The notes under the pieces were generated by a model. That model was given only the letters and a program-made list of their open reading frames with translations, was not told the origin of the DNA and did not search any database. From Candidatus Sericytochromatia bacterium (GTDB taxonomy: Bacteria; Cyanobacteriota; Sericytochromatia; UBA7694), in NCBI GenBank assembly GCA_964229355.1, contig CAXRDE010000019.1:389557-453556 (forward strand): a stretch of 64,000 nucleotides of DNA, given 5' to 3'. Shown in pieces: positions 40,219 to 49,421 of this stretch. Position 1 is the first letter of the stretch, and every line of letters begins with the position of its first letter. The position numbers were made by a program, and so were the translations under genes.

Positions 40219-40728
40219 TTAAGCGTCAAAGCCTTCTTGCTTGATTTGTTCTACCCAGGCTTCGACCCGTTGGGGTGTGAGATCTTCTTCATTGTCATTG
40301 TCCAGAGCCAGTCCCACAAAAAAGTCCTCGTCCAGTAAGCCTTTGGACTCCATAAAGTCATAGTCATCGGTGGGCCAGTGTCCCACCACGGTGGCACCCT
40401 GGGCAATAAATTTTTCATAGAGCATGCCAATGGCGTCTAAAAAAGTATAGGGGTAGCCTTGCTGATCTCCCAGGCCAAAGAGCGCGATGGTTTGGGTGCT
40501 CAGGTCTAAAGTGTCAATGTCTTCATAGACATCGTACCAGTCGCCCTGGAGCTCGCCGTCGTTCCAGGTGGGAATACCAATAATGAGATGGCTATAAGCT
40601 GTCAGCTCTTCGGCTTTAATATTCCGCACGTCCAGCAGGGTGGCTTCAGGAAAGTATTCGGCGATATTTTTGGCAACGTGTTCTGTGTTGCCGGTGTCAG
40701 AGCCGTAAAGAATGGCGAGTTTTTTCAT
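40219..40728 (-). CDS. Flavodoxin (long-chain)
   Basis: MKKLAILYGSDTGNTEHVAK N-terminal FMN loop. The ORF extends to 40818, but the ATG at 40728 gives the canonical start. Confidence 0.8.
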   Translation of the reverse strand: MKKLAILYGSDTGNTEHVAKNIAEYFPEATLLDVRNIKAEELTAYSHLIIGIPTWNDGELQGDWYDVYEDIDTLDLSTQTIALFGLGDQQGYPYTFLDAIGMLYEKFIAQGATVVGHWPTDDYDFMESKGLLDEDFFVGLALDNDNEEDLTPQRVEAWVEQIKQEGFDA

Positions 40729-40736
40729 AAGTATAG

Positions 40737-41078
40737 CTAACCTTGTGTATGTTTGACAGCGGGCTGAGAAAAGCTGTTCTCTAGCGTTTCTCGCATGATT
40801 TCGATTTGCACGCGGCATAGCAAGTCAATTAAGTCTTCGAGCTCTCGTTCGTTAAAAATCAAAGAGATATCGGCAAATTTGAATTGCACTTCGCTCTGCT
40901 TTTCGCCCACAATTTTGCGTTGTTGTAGATCTTCTAAGAAAACCACAAAACTTTTAAGTTGGGTACTTTTAAAAGGCAGTAAAGCGCAGGCGCAGCGCAG
41001 TTTGATATGTTCACAGTCCTTACACCAACAGGCGCTGTAGAAGCGGCTTTCGAAATGGACACAGCGACAGTCAGACAT
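40737..41078 (-). CDS. Small Cys-rich protein (CxC…CxCxxC…CxC), hypothetical, upstream of flavodoxin
   Basis: AAGGAG RBS 10 nt before the ATG at 41078. N-terminal MSDCRCVHFESRFYSACWCKDCEHIKLRCAC. Stop lies 9 nt before the flavodoxin start. Confidence 0.5.
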   Translation of the reverse strand: MSDCRCVHFESRFYSACWCKDCEHIKLRCACALLPFKSTQLKSFVVFLEDLQQRKIVGEKQSEVQFKFADISLIFNERELEDLIDLLCRVQIEIMRETLENSFSQPAVKHTQG

Positions 41079-41099
41079 TGCCCAGGGCTCCTTTAATAA

Positions 41100-41528
41100 A
41101 AAGATTTGATCATTCGATTTAGACACATCTTAAAAATGTTTCTGTAGTTTGTCAACGTAAAATGCTTTAATTACGTTGGTTAGTTATTTTCCGTTTTGTA
41201 TTGAAAAACAATTTATAAAAGTTTAAATAGGTCTATAATCTTGTTTTTGGAATAAATAAAAATGAGAGGCAAAAAAAATATTTTTTTAAATGTTTTTTTA
41301 TTGAAAATCTTTGATCTTAAAAAAAAAAGCGTGTATTATATTTTCTCATTAAAAAATTAGCTGATATAAGAAGGTTATGGAGGTTTTTTACGTTGGTTTA
41401 TAAATTTATTTGGAAAATGGAATTAATTTATGAACGTAAATGTTGTTTTTCTCGCGAAATATTCATTGACAAGACTTCCCTGCATTGTTTAGGATTAAAT
41501 TAATCAAATCCTATAAGAAGGTTAAATT
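41100..41528. promoter_or_regulatory. ~430-bp AT-rich divergent control region between the Cys-rich/flavodoxin operon and feoABC
   Basis: Very low GC compared with flanks. Two copies of inverted-repeat arms TTACGTT / AACGTAA (about 41150-41180 and 41388-41440). TTGACA hexamer at 41466-41471 upstream of feoA. Confidence 0.5.
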
Positions 41529-41837
41529 ATGCCGGTGTCATCTCCCCTGTTCTTTTCGCCCGAGTCCCTGTCTATGGCACAGCCTTCTGAGGCTCTACCT
41601 GTGATTAAGCGCTCTCAACCCATTGCGCAGTTTGAGGGCGGTGCGCGCGTTAAAATCACTGAAATTAAAGGGGATGAGCAATTGTGCCACCGCTTATTGA
41701 GTATGGGTATTTTTCCGGGGCGTGAAGTGCATATTTTACGCAAACAGGGTACATCACTTATGTTGCGTCACGGACACATGTGCCTTGGCGTTCGCCTGGC
41801 GCCTTCTTTTGTGATTGAGGCTGAGGCGATTGCTTAA
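41529..41837 (+). CDS. feoA: Ferrous iron transport protein A
   Basis: SH3-like FeoA core (VKITEIKGDEQLCHRLLSMGIFPGREVHILRKQG). Confidence 0.75.
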   Translation: MPVSSPLFFSPESLSMAQPSEALPVIKRSQPIAQFEGGARVKITEIKGDEQLCHRLLSMGIFPGREVHILRKQGTSLMLRHGHMCLGVRLAPSFVIEAEAIA

Positions 41838-41843
41838 GATGCC

Positions 41844-43808
41844 ATGTCTGCTGTGAGTTCTGATCCCCATACGTTAACCATCGCTTTTGCAGGAAACCCC
41901 AATGTCGGAAAAACAGCCCTGATCAATGCCGTGAGCCAAAGTCGTCTGAAAGTGGGCAACTGGCCTGGCGTCACCGTCGAAAAAAAAGAAGCCCGTTATG
42001 TTCAGGGACAGCATCAGTTTCATTTGATTGATTTGCCTGGCACCTACAGCCTGGTGCCCCATAGTATTGAAGAGCGGGTCTGTCGTGACTATCTGAATGA
42101 AACTCCTCCGGACCTGTTGATCAATGTGGTCGATGCCAGCAATCTCGAAAAAAGCCTTTCTCTAACCCTTGAGCTCCTGGAACAACGCATCCCCATGGTG
42201 CTGTTGCTAAATATGTGGGATGAGTTTGAAATCCGCGAAGAACGCCTGGATGTGGAGCGTCTTGCAGCGACCCTGGGTATTCCGGTCCTGGCGACTTCTG
42301 CAGTGACAGGCCAGGGCATTGAGGACTTAAAAAAACTGTTAGCAGAGCAAACCCAGCGGCTCACCCCGCTCCCCGTCCTGCCCGATATTCCAGAAGATAC
42401 TTCTCAGCGCTACGCATTGATTCAACGCTGGGCCCATGCGGTCATGACGCGACCGGATCAGATGAAACCCAGTATGACAGAACGCGTGGATCAGGTGCTC
42501 CTCAATGAGTGGAGTGGCATTCCCATTTTTCTGGCGCTGCTGTTTTTGGTGTTTAAACTGACCTTTGATGTGTCTACCCCCTTTGTCGATTGGATTGATG
42601 GCTTCTTTAACGGCTTTTTAGGTCGTTGGGCTGAACTGGCGTTGGGGGCTTTGTCGGTGCCTGACATTGTGATTTCTCTGGTGAAAGACGGTATGATTGG
42701 TGGCGTGGGCCTGGTGCTCACCTTTGTGCCCATTCTCATGTTTTTGTACTTATTTCTGGCCTTACTCGAAGAGAGTGGCTATATGGCCAGAGCTGCCTTT
42801 TTAATGGATCGCTTTATGCACCGTTTTGGTTTACACGGCAAAGCGTTTGTGCCTTTGCTCGTGGGCTTTGGTTGCAACGTACCCGGTGTCTATGCCACCC
42901 GTGCCCTGGATAGCGAAACCGACCGCAAAATTACCGTGGCGGTGATGTCTTTTATGTCCTGTGGGGCCAAACTTCCTATTTACGCCCTGTTTACGGCGGT
43001 GTTTTTTCAGCGTTACCAGGCCTTTGTGATTTTGGCCATGTACGTGCTGGGTGTTTCTGTCGCTATCTTTTGGGCGGTGTTGCTGCGTAAAACCCGTTTT
43101 AAAGGCGAAATTCCGGTATTTATGATGGAGTTGCCGCCCTATCGCTTTCCACAATGGAAAGCCCTGTGGGGCTCCATTTGGAGCAAAACCCGCTCTTTTA
43201 TAAGACAAGCGGGTACGGTGATTGCGGTGAGTATGGTCCTGTTATGGGCCCTTGTCAATTTGCCCTACGGTAATCCCCCTGAAAAAACCGTCCTGGGCTA
43301 TAGCGCCCGCGCCGCGGCTCCGCTGTTTTTGCCTCAGGGTTTTGGTCAGCGCTGGGAGCCTGTGGCCGCGATTTTACCCGGTTTTATGGCCAAAGAAATG
43401 GTGGTAGGTACCCTCGGGGTGGTACTCAGTGTGCAGCAAGAAGAAGCCTCCACTGAAAAACCCGCTTTCTGGTCAGAGTTGGGTGCCCAACTGGTGGGCC
43501 TCAAAGATGCGGCTGTGGCGGCTGTGGCCACCGTTTTTTCAGGCTTGACGCCTGCGCCCCTTGCCATGGATGATTCCGCCAATACCTCAAGTCTTACGGC
43601 TGCCGTACGCAATACCTTTACGCCGCTTACGGCTTTTGCGTACATGGTTTTTAATCTTTTTCTGATTTCGTGTATTTCGGTGGTGGGGGCCATGACCGCT
43701 GAATTTGGTGGGCGGTACTTTGGTTTTGTGTTTTGTATTACCAGCGGTACCGCTTATGTGCTTTCAGCCCTCGTTTATCAAGTGGGACTTGTGTTAGGAT
43801 TTCAGTGA
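41844..43808 (+). CDS. feoB: Ferrous iron transport protein B
   Basis: N-terminal G-domain GNPNVGKT and DLPG, followed by polytopic membrane domain with two Gate motifs. Confidence 0.9.
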   Translation: MSAVSSDPHTLTIAFAGNPNVGKTALINAVSQSRLKVGNWPGVTVEKKEARYVQGQHQFHLIDLPGTYSLVPHSIEERVCRDYLNETPPDLLINVVDASNLEKSLSLTLELLEQRIPMVLLLNMWDEFEIREERLDVERLAATLGIPVLATSAVTGQGIEDLKKLLAEQTQRLTPLPVLPDIPEDTSQRYALIQRWAHAVMTRPDQMKPSMTERVDQVLLNEWSGIPIFLALLFLVFKLTFDVSTPFVDWIDGFFNGFLGRWAELALGALSVPDIVISLVKDGMIGGVGLVLTFVPILMFLYLFLALLEESGYMARAAFLMDRFMHRFGLHGKAFVPLLVGFGCNVPGVYATRALDSETDRKITVAVMSFMSCGAKLPIYALFTAVFFQRYQAFVILAMYVLGVSVAIFWAVLLRKTRFKGEIPVFMMELPPYRFPQWKALWGSIWSKTRSFIRQAGTVIAVSMVLLWALVNLPYGNPPEKTVLGYSARAAAPLFLPQGFGQRWEPVAAILPGFMAKEMVVGTLGVVLSVQQEEASTEKPAFWSELGAQLVGLKDAAVAAVATVFSGLTPAPLAMDDSANTSSLTAAVRNTFTPLTAFAYMVFNLFLISCISVVGAMTAEFGGRYFGFVFCITSGTAYVLSALVYQVGLVLGFQ

Positions 43809-43821
43809 GGAGAGTGTCATT

Positions 43822-44010
43822 ATGATGGAAAATCTCTTTGTGAGTGGTGTCCTGATGGTGTCAGGCCTGTTTATTATTCAGCGTTTGCGCACGGTGATCG
43901 GCCACGGTGCTCGCCGTGAGTCCGCCTGCGGAAGTTGTGCCAGTGGCACCTGTAGCAGCAAAAGTTTAAATCCTGCTGAAACCGAGCTTCCGATGGCGGG
44001 TTCTCTCTAG
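43822..44010 (+). CDS. FeoB-associated Cys-rich small membrane protein
   Basis: Single TM helix followed by CGSCASGTC, immediately after feoB. Confidence 0.55.
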   Translation: MMENLFVSGVLMVSGLFIIQRLRTVIGHGARRESACGSCASGTCSSKSLNPAETELPMAGSL

Positions 44011-44029
44011 CCCATTCTGGTGATGCAGC

Positions 44030-45124
44030 TTAGACTTTGAGCGGAGTTTCGGCAGATTGTGGCAGCGGTAAAAACTTGCGCACCGCGCTGTACACCTGTT
44101 TGACCTGAATGCCCGTGAGACAGTCCAGCGCGTCGCAGGTGGTATTGCGGGTCGCCCAGAGACAGGGACGACAGGGCACATCATGTTTAATTACGCTATA
44201 TTTGCTGTCCTGGGGCACCAGTTTCTTTTCGTCTGTGGGACCGAAAATGGCGACCAATTGGGCTTGTAGCGCAATGGCCAAATGCATGGGCGCAGAATCG
44301 ACACAGACCGTCACCGCAGCCGCTTCAATGAGGCCCCCCAGTTGGTAGAGATCCCGTGTATGGCCATAGGCTTGCTTGAGCAATGGGTGTTGAATCCGCT
44401 GGGTGATGTAGGCGATTTCCTCGGCGTCGTCGGGGCCCCCCGCCAGGACCACCGGGGTTTTCTCTTTTAACAGGCGCTCAATCAGCTGGCACCAGCGATC
44501 CCGTTCCCAGCTTTTGATCAGTTTTTTCTCTTTGCTCATGAGACTCACACCGGGATGAATGAGGACATAGCTGTGGGCTTTTAAACCCTGGCTTTCGAGC
44601 CAGCGTTGGCTCCAGTGTTTAACAATATTGGGCAGGGTGGTGTGAGGTACTACCGAAGGTCGCACCAGTCCCAGCGGTTGCAGTAAGTCGTGATACATAT
44701 CTGCGGCATATTGCTCTTTATTCAGGGGGGCCTGGTGGGTGAGCAACTGGGGAAAGCGCCCCGATTGGTAACCTACCCGGACTTTGGCGCCGCTGAGAAA
44801 TAAAAGCGGAGCGACCATTGACGAGCCCCCGCTGGAAATCACCATGTCAGGGGCATTGCTGCGAATGAGCGTGAGCAAATCAAGCAGATCCCCGGGGCTT
44901 TTGCGGTGCTTAATATCAAAGGTGAGCACTTCATCAATAAAGTAATGGTGATCCATTAAGTTGTGGCAGCGAGGTTCTACCAACATGGAGATATAAGCGT
45001 GGGGGTACGCATAGCGCAAGGTTTCGATCACGGGAAAAAAGAGAATTTCGTCTCCAATTCCGCCAAAATTGATCAATAAAATACGGTCTACATCAAGGGG
45101 TTTGGGCATTTCCTGTGACATCAT
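44030..45124 (-). CDS. Glycosyltransferase family 9 (LPS heptosyltransferase-like)
   Basis: ILLINFGGIGDEILFFPVIETLR N-terminus. GT-B fold C-terminal half. Confidence 0.75.
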   Translation of the reverse strand: MMSQEMPKPLDVDRILLINFGGIGDEILFFPVIETLRYAYPHAYISMLVEPRCHNLMDHHYFIDEVLTFDIKHRKSPGDLLDLLTLIRSNAPDMVISSGGSSMVAPLLFLSGAKVRVGYQSGRFPQLLTHQAPLNKEQYAADMYHDLLQPLGLVRPSVVPHTTLPNIVKHWSQRWLESQGLKAHSYVLIHPGVSLMSKEKKLIKSWERDRWCQLIERLLKEKTPVVLAGGPDDAEEIAYITQRIQHPLLKQAYGHTRDLYQLGGLIEAAAVTVCVDSAPMHLAIALQAQLVAIFGPTDEKKLVPQDSKYSVIKHDVPCRPCLWATRNTTCDALDCLTGIQVKQVYSAVRKFLPLPQSAETPLKV

Positions 45125-45132
45125 GGTGCCTC

Positions 45133-45744
45133 CTAAATAATGCGACGCCCTTCTAAAGCGCGTGCAAGGGTCACTTCATCGGCGTACTCTAAATCACCCC
45201 CCATGGGCAAGCCAAAAGCGATTTGACTCATTTTTAAATTGAGGGGGCGCAGTAAGCGCGTGAGGTAAAGGGTGGTCGCGTCTCCTTCAATGGTGGGACT
45301 GAGGGCAAAGATGACTTCTTTGGTGTGTTGCTCAGGAGACAGGTTTTGCAATCGCTGAACCAGCGATTTGATTTTGAGTTGTTCGGGACCAATGCCTTCC
45401 ATGGGTGAAATCAATCCCTGTAAGACATGGTAAGCACCCCGGTATTCATGGGTACGTTCCAGGGCCAGGACATCGCGGGCATCAGCCACAATGCAAATGG
45501 TTTGTTGATCACGGGCTGAGTTGGTACAGATTTCGCAAGGGTCACTGGCACTCAAATTTGAACAAATGGAGCAAAAGCGAATATTGGCTTTGGCCTCAAC
45601 AAGTGCCTTTGCCAGGTCTTGTGCCAGTTGATCGGGTTGGTTAATGACAAAAAAGGCCAACCTCTGAGCGGTTTTGGGACCAATACCCGGGAGCTTTTGA
45701 AAAGCCCCCACCAACTTGCCCAGAGGTGGGGTAAGACCTGACAT
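45133..45744 (-). CDS. recR: Recombination protein RecR
   Basis: Hh[16 protein letters not shown]4 zinc finger CSICSN…CEIC, Toprim. Confidence 0.9.
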   Translation of the reverse strand: MSGLTPPLGKLVGAFQKLPGIGPKTAQRLAFFVINQPDQLAQDLAKALVEAKANIRFCSICSNLSASDPCEICTNSARDQQTICIVADARDVLALERTHEYRGAYHVLQGLISPMEGIGPEQLKIKSLVQRLQNLSPEQHTKEVIFALSPTIEGDATTLYLTRLLRPLNLKMSQIAFGLPMGGDLEYADEVTLARALEGRRII

Positions 45745-46103
45745 TAGAATAAGCCGTCAAGTCCTGGGATTTGCAGTCCGCCAGTGACATCATTCATGCG
45801 TGCAGCAGCGTGTTGATTGGCTTTTTCTAAAGCCATGTTGAAGGCGGCCAACAGCATGTCTTCTAACATTTCTAAATCATCTTCATCCACTGCATCGGGA
45901 TTGATTTTCACGTTTTTAACTTCGTGCTTACCGGTCATGGAGATGACCACTGCACCGTTGCCGGCAGAGCCTTCGACCACTTCTTCGCCCAGCTGTTCTT
46001 GCACGTCCATTAAAGACTTTTGCATTTGCTGTGCTTGTTGTAGCATGGCACTCATATTGCCAGCACCGCCAGGTTGTCCTGGACGTTTTCCAAGGGGTTT
46101 CAT
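45744..46103 (-). CDS. ybaB: Nucleoid-associated protein YbaB/EbfC
   Basis: 119 aa, typical YbaB sequence. Start overlaps recR start region (coupled). Confidence 0.85.
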   Translation of the reverse strand: MKPLGKRPGQPGGAGNMSAMLQQAQQMQKSLMDVQEQLGEEVVEGSAGNGAVVISMTGKHEVKNVKINPDAVDEDDLEMLEDMLLAAFNMALEKANQHAAARMNDVTGGLQIPGLDGLF

Positions 46104-46153
46104 TCTGAGATTACCTCTATCCTAAGATCTAACTTGTATTATAACATTGGCAG

Positions 46154-48604
46154 CTATTTCGCTGGGGTAAAACGCAACTGTCCCATGCGGTCAAGACGGT
46201 GAATACCACCATAGGTAAATGACCAGCAGTGAAAATCGGCGATTTCCTGTGGACGACGGCGACAAAAGTTACCACGCCAGTTTTTATCTCCGGCTTTAAT
46301 GCCCAGAGATTGGAAGGGAATGGCCATTTCCACGATCCAGCCATGGGAAAATTGACGGGCCGCACTCTGCCAGGGGCGATTCCAGCTCTGGTCAAAGGAC
46401 GCCCGCTGATAACGCACATTGGCGGGGTTCACCACAAAATAATAGTAGCTGGAACCTTTGCCTTCGGGATCTAAAAACAATTGTACGGTGTCATCGGTAT
46501 TCAAAAAGGAACTGTCCTGACGGTACGAAATATTGACCCGATCGTTCCGGGGCTCGTCATTGACATAGGCCACATAGAGGGCATTGTCATCGTAGGTGAT
46601 ACGCACTTCTGTACTGGTGTTGGCACGGGCGGAGCCAGTGTTCCAGAAAAACTGCGGTAATCGGTAAGCCTGTTGCCAGAGGGGTTCGTCGATGCGCGCG
46701 TCGATACTCGGCGCGGAACGGGTATAGGGAATCTCCATACTGGGCAGGGGACGGGCTTCAGGCAACACCTTACTGGGGGGGTTGGTGGGGGGAACGTAGC
46801 CGGGCTTACTGATGGCTTGCTGGTAATTGCGGGACAGCTTAACCAGATCCCTATAGTGTTGCACAATGCGCGGTTTAAGCTCTGCGGGAAAAGTCAGGGT
46901 GCCTTCTTGAATGCCTTTGTGTTCGGCCTGTATATTGGCCACCAGGCTGCTTGCTGAAGCGCGCAGGGGTTTCTCTGCCAGGGTGGCGTTGAGAGACTTT
47001 AAGCGCGCAGAGGCGTCGCGCAATACCTGTTGGTTGGCTTTACTCAGCGCTTGCGTGCTGGCGCCTTTTTCGGCCATGTCGTTGAGCCACTGGCGCAAAA
47101 ATTGAACCTGGGTCAGCAGGGCTTTGGGCAGATCGTGGTGAGGGACCACGGCTTTTTGCTTAAAAGGACCGACCTGTAAGGCCTTTAACATATTGCCTGT
47201 GAGTTGACTGCTGGCAAAAATAGACATACCGTTGGCGTTGCGTTGCCGTAGCATATGGATCTGATTGAGCATTTCCAGGCTGTTTTGCCCCAGTTTGTGG
47301 GCGCCAATAATCGGGTAAATCACGTCGTGACGCTGCTCTTGATCCGTCTCCCACTCCATCCAGAGATCCAGGTCTCTAAAGTCACTGGTGTACATCATGG
47401 GAGAAATGTAATTGATCCAGTGGTTATTGCCCCAGTGTCGCCAGTGTTGCATTTTGGTGTTGCGGGCCTGAATTTCGTTGCGAAAAACGGCTCCACCCAA
47501 ATCCAGGGGTCTTTTTTGATTGCTCAAGAGCAAGCGCAGGTCTTTGACCATGCTGTGCACCTGTTCTTCGCGCCACAAATGCCACTGGGCTTGTAAGTCG
47601 CTGTCGGGTGCAATGCGGGGCGACGGAAAGGATCCCACCTTGCGGAAGTAATCCAGTTGAAAGCGGGTTAGGCTTAATTCGTCTTCTACCTGGTTATTGC
47701 CGTAGCGAATATAGTCCATCAAAAAGCCCTGAATGGGGTACTTGCTGGCGGTTTGATTCATCAGACCCGCGAGCAGCTCTCGCCACTCGTGCGAAGCGGG
47801 GCTCATAAAAGAGGTGGACTCGTCTTCAATTTCACTGTTCGTGCTGCGGTAAGCGCGGCCGTCTAGTGGATCCGCCATTAAGGCAGGCAAGCGCCGGGTC
47901 AAGGGGTTTTGTTTGGCAATGGTGGGCGATAACACGCGGAACATCCAAAACCAGGGATATACTTCTAATCCCTCTGCCTGGGCGGCATCGGTAACGAGCT
48001 TTAACATGTCCATATTTGGGGGTAATTCGGGGTCAAGGGCCACAGTGGGGTTCGGAAACAGCGCATAACCCCGGCGAAAAATTTCGGGGTAGACAGCGTT
48101 AAAACCGGCCTCTTTAAAGCGCTTCATTAGACGGCGCATGGCTTCGGCATTTTTGGGCAGCATGCCTGCATCAAGCAAGGCGCCGCGCAATTCCACCCGA
48201 CGGGTGGGCAACATCTGAATCTGGGCATGGATCAAGTCAAAATAGGTGCGCTGTAAAAGCTCTTTTTGCTCGTCATTATCGAGGAAATTGCTGATTTTTT
48301 TACGGTCTTCACCGGCGCTGATTTTCTTGCGGATGTCTTCAATGCGCTGCAAGTTGCTGCTAACAAGGTTAAGCCGCTGACGAATCTCATCATCAGGTAC
48401 ATCGGGGTCTAATCTTAGCACTTGCCATTGGCCTTCTACCTGACGGTAAAGGCTGCGTAGCGCTTCGGTGGTCTCTTGCTGATCATTGGGCAGGGTCATG
48501 AATTGAGAGGGTATGCTCTCGGGAATTGCTGCTGAAAGGGGAGCGCTGAAACTGCTCCAGAGCAGACAGGCCATAATGCCGCAAAAATATGAACGTAACG
48601 CCAT
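46154..48604 (-). CDS. Secreted glycoside-hydrolase-like family 10 (GHL10) protein with C-terminal CBM9-like domain
   Basis: Signal peptide. GFNAVYPEIFRRGYALFP core typical of GHL10. C-terminal DARIDEPLWQQAYRL…ITYDDNALYVAYV resembles CBM9. Confidence 0.55.
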   Translation of the reverse strand: MALRSYFCGIMACLLWSSFSAPLSAAIPESIPSQFMTLPNDQQETTEALRSLYRQVEGQWQVLRLDPDVPDDEIRQRLNLVSSNLQRIEDIRKKISAGEDRKKISNFLDNDEQKELLQRTYFDLIHAQIQMLPTRRVELRGALLDAGMLPKNAEAMRRLMKRFKEAGFNAVYPEIFRRGYALFPNPTVALDPELPPNMDMLKLVTDAAQAEGLEVYPWFWMFRVLSPTIAKQNPLTRRLPALMADPLDGRAYRSTNSEIEDESTSFMSPASHEWRELLAGLMNQTASKYPIQGFLMDYIRYGNNQVEDELSLTRFQLDYFRKVGSFPSPRIAPDSDLQAQWHLWREEQVHSMVKDLRLLLSNQKRPLDLGGAVFRNEIQARNTKMQHWRHWGNNHWINYISPMMYTSDFRDLDLWMEWETDQEQRHDVIYPIIGAHKLGQNSLEMLNQIHMLRQRNANGMSIFASSQLTGNMLKALQVGPFKQKAVVPHHDLPKALLTQVQFLRQWLNDMAEKGASTQALSKANQQVLRDASARLKSLNATLAEKPLRASASSLVANIQAEHKGIQEGTLTFPAELKPRIVQHYRDLVKLSRNYQQAISKPGYVPPTNPPSKVLPEARPLPSMEIPYTRSAPSIDARIDEPLWQQAYRLPQFFWNTGSARANTSTEVRITYDDNALYVAYVNDEPRNDRVNISYRQDSSFLNTDDTVQLFLDPEGKGSSYYYFVVNPANVRYQRASFDQSWNRPWQSAARQFSHGWIVEMAIPFQSLGIKAGDKNWRGNFCRRRPQEIADFHCWSFTYGGIHRLDRMGQLRFTPAK

Positions 48605-48732
48605 GAGGAAAATTAAACCCCGTTATCAAGAATGTTAAAATAGGCTGAACTGCATTTTAACGCAATATTGGCACAGATACCTTTTGATATGCGTATAATG
48701 AAAAAAAGATTGCGAGATAGGTGGGTATTACA

Positions 48733-49416
48733 ATGTCTCATTCTATTCTGGTGGTGGAAGATGATCCAGATTTAGGATTGCTCCTGAAGCTAGAATTGGA
48801 AGCGGAAGGTTACGAAGTGACGTTGGCCAAAGATGGTATGCAAGGCCTGATTGAACTGCGTCAAAAGAACCCCGATATTATGGTTCTCGATCGCTCTCTG
48901 CCCAAAATGAATGGCATTGAGGTCTGTCTACGAACCCGTCAAACCTCCGATATTCCTATTTTAATGCTCACCAGCTTTGATCGGGTTGAAGAAAAAGTCG
49001 AAGGCTTAGATGCCGGGGCGAATGACTACTTAACCAAGCCCTTTCACATTAACGAATTGCTGGCGCGCATTCGTTCTCTCGTGCGTCATCTGGGCGTTCA
49101 AAGCACCCAGGGTGCGCATCTGACCTTTGCCGATGTTTCGCTAGACCTGCTCAAGCGTGAAGCCCATCGCGGTGACAAAACCCTAAACCTGTCCACCAAG
49201 GAGTTTGACCTTTTGACCTTTTTTATGCATCATCCCAATCAGGTGCTCTCAAAGTCTCGCCTGATCGAAGCGGTGTGGGAATGGGATTACGATGGGGAAG
49301 ACAATATTGTGGAAGTGTATATTCACAACCTGCGCAAAAAATTAAGCTATAACGACGCGCAGCCTCGCCTTTTGCATACGGTGCGGGGTGCCGGATATAT
49401 TTTGAAAGAAGATTAA
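48733..49416 (+). CDS. OmpR-family response regulator
   Basis: Receiver ILVVEDD…D, winged helix EVYIHNLRKKL. ORF opens with GTG at 48721. Confidence 0.85.
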   Translation: MSHSILVVEDDPDLGLLLKLELEAEGYEVTLAKDGMQGLIELRQKNPDIMVLDRSLPKMNGIEVCLRTRQTSDIPILMLTSFDRVEEKVEGLDAGANDYLTKPFHINELLARIRSLVRHLGVQSTQGAHLTFADVSLDLLKREAHRGDKTLNLSTKEFDLLTFFMHHPNQVLSKSRLIEAVWEWDYDGEDNIVEVYIHNLRKKLSYNDAQPRLLHTVRGAGYILKED

Positions 49417-49421
49417 GCCCC

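Noticed and set aside
40729-40818. N-terminal 30-codon extension of flavodoxin
   Set aside because: The canonical flavodoxin N-terminus MKKLAILYGSDTGNT begins at the internal ATG (40728). The extension would overlap the upstream Cys-rich gene.
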